Shown here in pieces: positions 58,347 through 64,000 of a stretch of DNA of 64,000 bases. Both the position numbers and the translations under genes were made by a program. Numbering within the stretch: the stretch's first letter is position 1; the number at the start of each line of letters is the position of its first letter. This DNA comes from Thermoplasmatota archaeon (lineage in GTDB: Archaea; Thermoplasmatota; Penumbrarchaeia; Penumbrarchaeales; Penumbrarchaeaceae): the NCBI GenBank assembly GCA_029762535.1, contig JARVGK010000010.1:1-64000 (forward strand). Direction: 5' to 3'. The notes under the pieces were generated by a model that had not been told where the DNA came from, made no database searches, and worked only from the letters and a program-made list of their open reading frames with translations.

Positions 58347-58634
58347 GTCATATCACCCGGGAACCATGTAATGAAAAGGTCGTATAACATACTTGGCATG
58401 GACCCATTTGCCGGCTTGTAAAACATCGCCTCGGCCCTCCCGGAAAAGGCCGAAAAATCAATAGGAATAAATATGCGAACCCCCGCATTTCCGATGGAGA
58501 CGCCGTCCTCCCAAGTGCCCTTCGCGCTCGGATAGGACCCTGGACTTGGACCAACCCTTCCTCATACTGGCTGCGGTGTATGATGCGGCGATCCCCCTGA
58601 TATGGAACATGGTTTCCATTTCCATTGGAACATC

Positions 58635-58652
58635 CGAAGAACCGTTATATAG
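58635..58652 (+). promoter_or_regulatory. Archaeal BRE + TATA promoter for the candidate large ncRNA
   Basis: cgaagaaccg-TTATATAG; standard spacing predicts a start at about G58675; TGGAACAT direct repeats at 58603 and 58626 just upstream. Confidence 0.7.
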
Positions 58653-58674
58653 CACCGGTTCCTCTACCATCTTT

Positions 58675-59315
58675 GCCTGGGACGGGTGAACTCCAACGGT
58701 CCACGTTGTCCGGATCGGAGCGACCCAACCCAACGCTATCAGGCACCCATCCGACCGGATCCCTTGGGGTCCAAACCGATGGGATGCGAAGCATACCAAA
58801 GACCTGGGCTTCTGTCCTTGTCCAAGGTGATGCGAGGAAGTGCAGGGCCCCTTCGAAGCGCCCGCAAAATGATGCCTTCGGGCAACCTGATGCGAAGCCC
58901 TTCGATACCTTCCCTCCGGGGAAGGAGGCGCTGCCGCAGAGGCATGATCCCTCCGGGATCATTTCCCCCCCTGGGAAATGGTCACCACCGGAGATCCTCC
59001 CCGCAAGGGACGGATCACGGGATCCAAAGCGACCCAAAAGGAAGGAAACCTCGGTTTCCCGGACCTGGATCGAAAAGAAATGCAGGAAAGGTCGGCCCCG
59101 CCGATCCTCCTCTCTCCAACGATCCATCTTCGCGGGCCTTAAAAACCCGAACCCTATGGAAAGCTCGGATCCCTACGGGTGAAATACCTCATCCCGCATT
59201 CGCTTTCGCTTCCAGACCCCGTCTGGAACGCCTGGGGCTGTTCACACGGCCCGGAGCGTAGGGAGACCAGGCCGTTGGGGGAGGCGTCCTCGGACCCTCC
59301 CCCAACGTCATTTTT
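58675..59315 (+). ncRNA. Candidate large (~600-640 nt) highly structured non-coding RNA of unknown class
   Basis: More than 12 stem-loops including cUUCGg and cGCAAg loops; possible 5'/3' closing helix GCCUGG/CCAGGC; own promoter and terminator; overlapping ORFs are not protein-like. Confidence 0.7.
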
Positions 59316-59325
59316 GGACGTTTTT
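59273..59325 (+). terminator. Terminator-like hairpin followed by oligo-T tracts
   Basis: Perfect 12-bp stem cgttgggggagg (59273-59284)/cctcccccaacg (59296-59307), then T5 at 59311-59315 and 59321-59325. Confidence 0.7.
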
Positions 59326-59365
59326 CCTTGAACATCTATTAATATATAATCATGATACATGCCCG

Positions 59366-60535
59366 GTGATCTCGACGTTCTCCAAGAGGATCCGGGAGCT
59401 CGCTCCCTCCGGTACCGTGATGCTTGCGAACAGGATTAAGAAGCTCAAATCCAAGGGAGTGGACATAATCTCCTTTAACCTGGGCGAGCCGGATTTCGAC
59501 ACGCCACCCAAAGTGGTGGAGGCCGCGAAGCATGCTCTGGACCGCGGCGATACACATTACACGCCCTCCCTCGGGACAAACGAGCTGAGGTCCGCGGTGG
59601 CGGACCATGTATGGAACAAGAACGGGATCCCGGCAAAAGTTGACAATGTCATGATAATGCCGGCCAAGTTCGCCCTTTACGCGGCACTGCAGGCGCTTGT
59701 GGACGTCGGTGACGAGGTCATATACCCCGACCCTGGTTGGGTATCGTACGGCCCCATGGTGCAGCTGGCGGGAGGCGTCTGCCGTCCGGTCAGAATGATA
59801 AACGACGGATATTGGCACTGGAGGCCAAAGGACATCGAGGACGCCATAAACGACCGGACCAGGGCCATCATCATCAACACGCCCTCGAACCCAACGGGCA
59901 GTGTGATGTCCTTGAAGGACCTGGAGCAGATAGCGGCCATCGCCAAGGACCACGACCTCTACGTCATATCCGATGAGATATACGAGGACCTGATCTACGA
60001 TGGCAAGCACTGCTCCATCGCATCTCTGTTCGGTATGGCCGATCGGACCCTCACCGTATCGGGTCTTTCGAAAAGCTATGCCATGACGGGTTGGAGGTTG
60101 GGGTGGCTCATCGCCGACAGGGAGATCATAAAGATGGTGAACAAACTGCAGCAGCATTCCCTCACTTGCCTTCCCGGATTCATCCAGCAGGCGGCGGTGA
60201 CCGCCCTTTCGGAGAGCGAGAGCGTGGAGGCCATGCGAAAGGAGTTCATGGAGAGGAGGGACATGCTCGTGCCGCTCATCAACTCGATACCCGGCCTCTC
60301 ATGCGAGACCCCCCAGGGCGCCTTCTACGCCTTCTTCAAGGCGGACCTCGGATACGATTCCATGACGCTCTCCGAGATGCTGATAGACAGGGCCAACGTC
60401 GCCCTTACGCCCGGATCCGCCTTCGGAGAGGGAGGGGAGGGTTACCTGCGCATGTCCTATGCCGCCAGCCGCGAGGACATAGCGGAGGGAATGAGGCGTA
60501 TCAAGGAGGTCGCTGAAGGTATAATGTCCGCTTGA
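59366..60535 (+). CDS. PLP-dependent aminotransferase class I/II (aspartate aminotransferase-like)
   Basis: LGEPDF, NTPSNPTG, SDEIY, GLSKSYAMTGWRLG, GAFY, YLRMSY; own TATA box (attaatatata, about 59338-59348). Confidence 0.93.
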   Translation: MISTFSKRIRELAPSGTVMLANRIKKLKSKGVDIISFNLGEPDFDTPPKVVEAAKHALDRGDTHYTPSLGTNELRSAVADHVWNKNGIPAKVDNVMIMPAKFALYAALQALVDVGDEVIYPDPGWVSYGPMVQLAGGVCRPVRMINDGYWHWRPKDIEDAINDRTRAIIINTPSNPTGSVMSLKDLEQIAAIAKDHDLYVISDEIYEDLIYDGKHCSIASLFGMADRTLTVSGLSKSYAMTGWRLGWLIADREIIKMVNKLQQHSLTCLPGFIQQAAVTALSESESVEAMRKEFMERRDMLVPLINSIPGLSCETPQGAFYAFFKADLGYDSMTLSEMLIDRANVALTPGSAFGEGGEGYLRMSYAASREDIAEGMRRIKEVAEGIMSA

Positions 60536-60537
60536 CC

Positions 60538-63500
60538 TCAATCGATCTCGTATGCCTCGACCGAAGCCCGATCCGCTGTATCCCTCTCCCTCCTCCTGAT
60601 GATGAAGAAGGCGGCGGAAGCGGCGGATGCTAATAAAAGGACCCCTGCCAGGACGAATATCCAAACCCGGCACTGTACCGAGAACGTCACGGATGCGGTT
60701 TCACGGTTCCCGGCGGCATCCCTCGCCTCCACCGTGAGATAATGCTTTCCTGTCCCTGCCTCGATCGTCCTTTCGGTCGCCGGCGACCAGTCGGAGAGGA
60801 CACGTCCACCTTCGACCACCCTGTATTCCACGGGGAAAGCGTCATCGGTCCCGGCCATTGAGAGTATTAAGACGTTTCGCCCGACGCGGGACGTCTTCAC
60901 CTCGAGTCGGGGCGCTAACACATCGTAGCGTATCTCCGAAAGACCTACCTCGCCCGCGTTCCCGGCCAGGTCCACAGCGAAATAGTTCAATAGGTATATT
61001 CCCTCCTCCCCTGGCATCGGGACGCTGCCTTCATAACGAACGGGATCCCCTCCGAAGTAGTAGAACAGTTCCACGTCCTCATCCGAGGACAAGGAAATGA
61101 CTGGTGCGGTCCTGAATATGCCGTTGGTCATATCCCCTGAAAGCTCCATTATAGCAATCGGGGGGTTCGTATCGACCTTGAGGGTGCGCCGGAACATCGG
61201 GCTTTGCCAACCCGCCGGATCGACGGCGTAGGCCTCCAGCTCGTGCTCGCCCTCATCGATACGTATGGAGGAGAAATATCCGGTCCAGGGGCCCTGATCG
61301 ATGCGGTACCGGACCTCGGAGGCGATGTTGTCGTAAGCCTTCATCTCGACTCTCGGGGAGGTGACGTGTATCCCGTTCCTGCCGTCCGGTTCGTCCGGAT
61401 GGACGAATGCCTCCAGAACTGGCGGGGATGCGTCCACGAGAACGGGATAGGTGTGGACCAATCCGATGTTCCCTGCAGCGTCGAAAGCCCTGTATTGCAG
61501 CGTGTGGGAGCCTTCCGGCAGCCTTATGGGCGCAGAATACGGCTCGAAATCCGATCTCGGATCTAGCCTGAACTGAACTGAAGCCCCATCCTCCGAGCTC
61601 TCGAGGACCAGCAGGGGCCTCGTCCTGTACCAGCTGTCGAGGCCGTCCGGTGAGACGGGGGACAGCAGATGCGATGCCTCGGGCGGCGTGGAATCGATCA
61701 GGAAGGAGGTCTCGGTGACGTTCGATGACCTCCCCGAACCATCGACAGCATAAACCCTCAGGACATGGGACCCATCCGGTACGTAGAACGGACCGTCATA
61801 TTCTCGGTAAGGCCCCCCGTCAAGGGAGTGTAACGCCGCCACGGGCGCCCCCTCGTCATAAACCGGAGTTATCGTTATCATGGGCTCGGAGATATAATGT
61901 CCTCCCTTACCGTCCGGGGTCTCGGGGCTTGTATACATCTCGAAGGCGGGATCCTTCAGATCAATCCTTATCGTGTGATGGCGCTCCTGTTCCAGGTTCT
62001 TAGCTATGTCCTCCGCGAAGTAGTGCACCTGGAACTCACCCTCCTCCTCCAGAGTGAACGTGAAATCGTTCGTCTCGTTGAGCTCTATCGTCGTTCCAGC
62101 GCCTATCCTGGCATGGACCACCCCCTTCTCGTCGGGGGCGATCCTGACCGAGACAGGGGAATGGAACCATCCGTTCTCCCCTTCCGGTTCAGAGGGATCG
62201 GTCGTAAGGAACGATGTGGGAGGGATCGTGTCCGCCACTCTGAATGCCGTGACAACTGGCCTGTGATCGTGCTTGCGTGCGCTCACGTTGATCTCGCAGA
62301 ACCAGCGGATGGACAGGTCGAACGCCGCCTCCCCGAACTGATCGGTCACTCCGTTCGCGAATACCCCCATCTGGAAGTTCTCCAGCGTCACGTTCACGCC
62401 TGGTACGGGAAGGTTATCCCGGTCCCTGACCTCTACTATGACGTGAGGGTCCAGGTCGTTCTCGTGCCTGATCTCGACATCGAACGAATTTACCGGCCCG
62501 GTCCATAGCTCGAGTGCGGTCTCACCGAGCATGTTGTACTCGAGCCAGCACATCGACACCTCTGAGTTGCCGCTGTTCTTGAACTGTCCCCCCCAGACCT
62601 CGGCGTAATGACCCTTGGCGTCCTTGAACGCCCTGCCCATAACGTACTCGCCAAGGCTTCCGACCTGCCTCGCGAGATCCTCCTGCAGCCCGTTGACGTA
62701 GGGAAGATACCTGTTCATACCTATGATGCCCACCGAGGTCCTCGATGACCCGGCGTAACCCGCGGCCCCTCCGCGGACGTTCTCTGTAAAGGATTCACCT
62801 ATGCATTCCCCGAACCACTGGTCGCTGCCGGAGCTGTCGTCGAACCAGGTCGTCAGACATGCCAATGTGGAGACCAGGGGCATCATCGCATCGTTCTCGA
62901 GCTTCGAGGCGTCACGGTCCCTGTATATCACTCCAGAACCGTAATTGTCGCACCAGACCGTCGGTCCACCGTGGTCGATGAACTGCACGAAACCCGCCCC
63001 GGGAGCGAGCGCTGAGTCCACTGCATTGATGGTGAGGTCCATATCGCTCTCGTATAGCTCGACCTTGTCGCCGTAGTGCCCTGATAGATGTTTGTTCCAG
63101 AGGTATTCGGAATGTGCGGGCCCGTCACCCTCGCTGTGGGTGTGTGCCGCGATGAGTACGGCCCTATCGGACCATGCCAGATCGCCAGGCCCCATCTCGT
63201 ACTCGATGATCTGCTCCACCTTGGCCTCCCATACTGATCCCTCGTTGATCGCGAGCCTGGACACGGATATGTCCGGGACTATGTCCTCGAGATCGCCGAT
63301 CTCCGCGAATATCCCGTCCCCGTCCAGGTCCCAGGTCCCGTCCAGGCATGCAAAGTAGAAGTCCGCCGGAAGGTATCCGTCGTCCCAACCCGGATAAGGG
63401 TTGGCATCCTGGACCCTCTTTGTCGGGACGATGTCCCAGTCCCCGGCCAGAAGGACGTGCTCCAGCACCCCCCATCCGTAGTGAACGTCGCGAAGGTATT

Positions 63501-64000
63501 CCCTTATCGCGTCGGCGGGATCCTCTCGTCCGGGATACGCTACAAGTATGTCCTCGACGGCTATTATCGAGGTCGGCAGGCCCCTGCCGCTCCTCCACCG
63601 GGCGAGAGGCTCGAGGGAACCTCTCAGGTACTCGCCGGTGACTATGATGTATGACGGAGGGACCTCCATATATGGGGTGACGGAAACGGTCCCGGGGACC
63701 CCCTCCGGGGACCCGGAGGACCGGGCCGGGATCGGGTCCTCTTCCCAGTCGATGTGTACCTCTGTCGTTGGGTGCGCCGTCGCCTCGCCGGACGAAGAAA
63801 GTGTCATCGGGCATATCCAGAGGGAATAGACGCTGAGGAGACGCCCCCCTTTCAATCGGTGACCGATATGGGAGAGGCGCAGCGGATCCGCGGGATAGGT
63901 TCCACTGCCTCTCCACGGTAGAATGGGATCCGCCTCCTCGTAGGGGGAGACGGCCCTGATCATTCCCATCACCGGGCGATCGAGCATCACTGTCCTGCCC
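60538..64000 (-). CDS. Peptidase C25 (gingipain family) with Ig-like stalk repeats and C-terminal TM; 5' end outside the window
   Basis: YIIVT, VLLAGD, ADFYFACLDG, PDISVSRL, FIDHGG (His), TLACL (Cys), GGAAGYAG, YNMLGE; frame open to the window edge. Confidence 0.88.
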   Translation of the reverse strand, partial: GRTVMLDRPVMGMIRAVSPYEEADPILPWRGSGTYPADPLRLSHIGHRLKGGRLLSVYSLWICPMTLSSSGEATAHPTTEVHIDWEEDPIPARSSGSPEGVPGTVSVTPYMEVPPSYIIVTGEYLRGSLEPLARWRSGRGLPTSIIAVEDILVAYPGREDPADAIREYLRDVHYGWGVLEHVLLAGDWDIVPTKRVQDANPYPGWDDGYLPADFYFACLDGTWDLDGDGIFAEIGDLEDIVPDISVSRLAINEGSVWEAKVEQIIEYEMGPGDLAWSDRAVLIAAHTHSEGDGPAHSEYLWNKHLSGHYGDKVELYESDMDLTINAVDSALAPGAGFVQFIDHGGPTVWCDNYGSGVIYRDRDASKLENDAMMPLVSTLACLTTWFDDSSGSDQWFGECIGESFTENVRGGAAGYAGSSRTSVGIIGMNRYLPYVNGLQEDLARQVGSLGEYVMGRAFKDAKGHYAEVWGGQFKNSGNSEVSMCWLEYNMLGETALELWTGPVNSFDVEIRHENDLDPHVIVEVRDRDNLPVPGVNVTLENFQMGVFANGVTDQFGEAAFDLSIRWFCEINVSARKHDHRPVVTAFRVADTIPPTSFLTTDPSEPEGENGWFHSPVSVRIAPDEKGVVHARIGAGTTIELNETNDFTFTLEEEGEFQVHYFAEDIAKNLEQERHHTIRIDLKDPAFEMYTSPETPDGKGGHYISEPMITITPVYDEGAPVAALHSLDGGPYREYDGPFYVPDGSHVLRVYAVDGSGRSSNVTETSFLIDSTPPEASHLLSPVSPDGLDSWYRTRPLLVLESSEDGASVQFRLDPRSDFEPYSAPIRLPEGSHTLQYRAFDAAGNIGLVHTYPVLVDASPPVLEAFVHPDEPDGRNGIHVTSPRVEMKAYDNIASEVRYRIDQGPWTGYFSSIRIDEGEHELEAYAVDPAGWQSPMFRRTLKVDTNPPIAIMELSGDMTNGIFRTAPVISLSSDEDVELFYYFGGDPVRYEGSVPMPGEEGIYLLNYFAVDLAGNAGEVGLSEIRYDVLAPRLEVKTSRVGRNVLILSMAGTDDAFPVEYRVVEGGRVLSDWSPATERTIEAGTGKHYLTVEARDAAGNRETASVTFSVQCRVWIFVLAGVLLLASAASAAFFIIRRRERDTADRASVEAYEID

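Noticed and set aside
58737-58800. UCAGG...GAAGCA resembling the SRP RNA helix 8 symmetric loop
   Set aside because: Flanking pairs and the short GNRA-capped stem do not match, and no Alu domain is recognisable.
58834-58851. GAGGAAGUGCAGGGCCCC resembling RNase P RNA conserved region I
   Set aside because: No matching region V (ACAGAA...CUUA) able to form P4 near the 3' end, and the position and length do not fit. Not called RNase P, though cmscan should confirm.
58625-59261. ORFs of 160-191 aa overlapping the structured region (58625+, 58645-, 58686+)
   Set aside because: Pro/Arg/Ser/Gly-rich, no recognisable motifs or RBS; typical of chance open frames in GC-rich structured RNA.
503-63916. 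Numerous long alternative-frame or antisense ORFs (e.g. 10603+, 16955+, 27486+, 33728-, 34865-, 39041+, and the 5' part of 52342+)
   Set aside because: Shadows of well-supported genes in a GC-rich genome; no independent motifs.
1-64000. CRISPR arrays, tRNA/rRNA genes, IS elements, integrases, reverse transcriptases
   Set aside because: None recognised by eye. The repetitive sequence present is protein-domain repeats (SBBP, FN3, PKD, NTGN Ig-like).

Overview
Archaeal chromosomal segment, most likely a Thermoplasmatota-type peptide-degrading anaerobe. This is inferred from the archaeal-type LeuRS, a TBP-like protein, BRE/TATA promoters, GGTGA/GGAGG ribosome-binding sites, ATGA stop/start overlaps, and many large signal-peptide + Ig-like stalk + C-terminal-TM surface proteins (two M14 carboxypeptidases, two C25/gingipain-like proteins). 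Housekeeping genes include rnhA, nadE, nadC, leuS, rpe, trxB, fprA, an HD hydrolase, a class I/II aminotransferase and an SSS symporter. No rRNA, tRNA, CRISPR array, integrase or transposase was recognised. Most notable observations: (1) a ~600-640 nt hairpin-dense non-coding region at ~58.7-59.3 kb with its own BRE/TATA promoter and terminator, which I cannot match to RNase P, SRP, 5S or intron RNAs (candidate new large ncRNA); (2) a secreted, membrane-anchored LanC-like enzyme retaining the Zn/catalytic motifs, translationally coupled to a C25-like protein with an altered dyad; (3) a four-gene GH18-GHL10-processive GT2-TPR membrane protein operon resembling a synthase-dependent exopolysaccharide system; (4) a single-repeat 'half' TBP fused to a zinc ribbon; (5) an ATPase-nuclease gene flanked by a 32-bp duplication of the rnhA 3' end; (6) a shared C-terminal W-E-E-like tail on adjacent surface proteins. 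All family calls come from reading motifs by eye; no database search was run.
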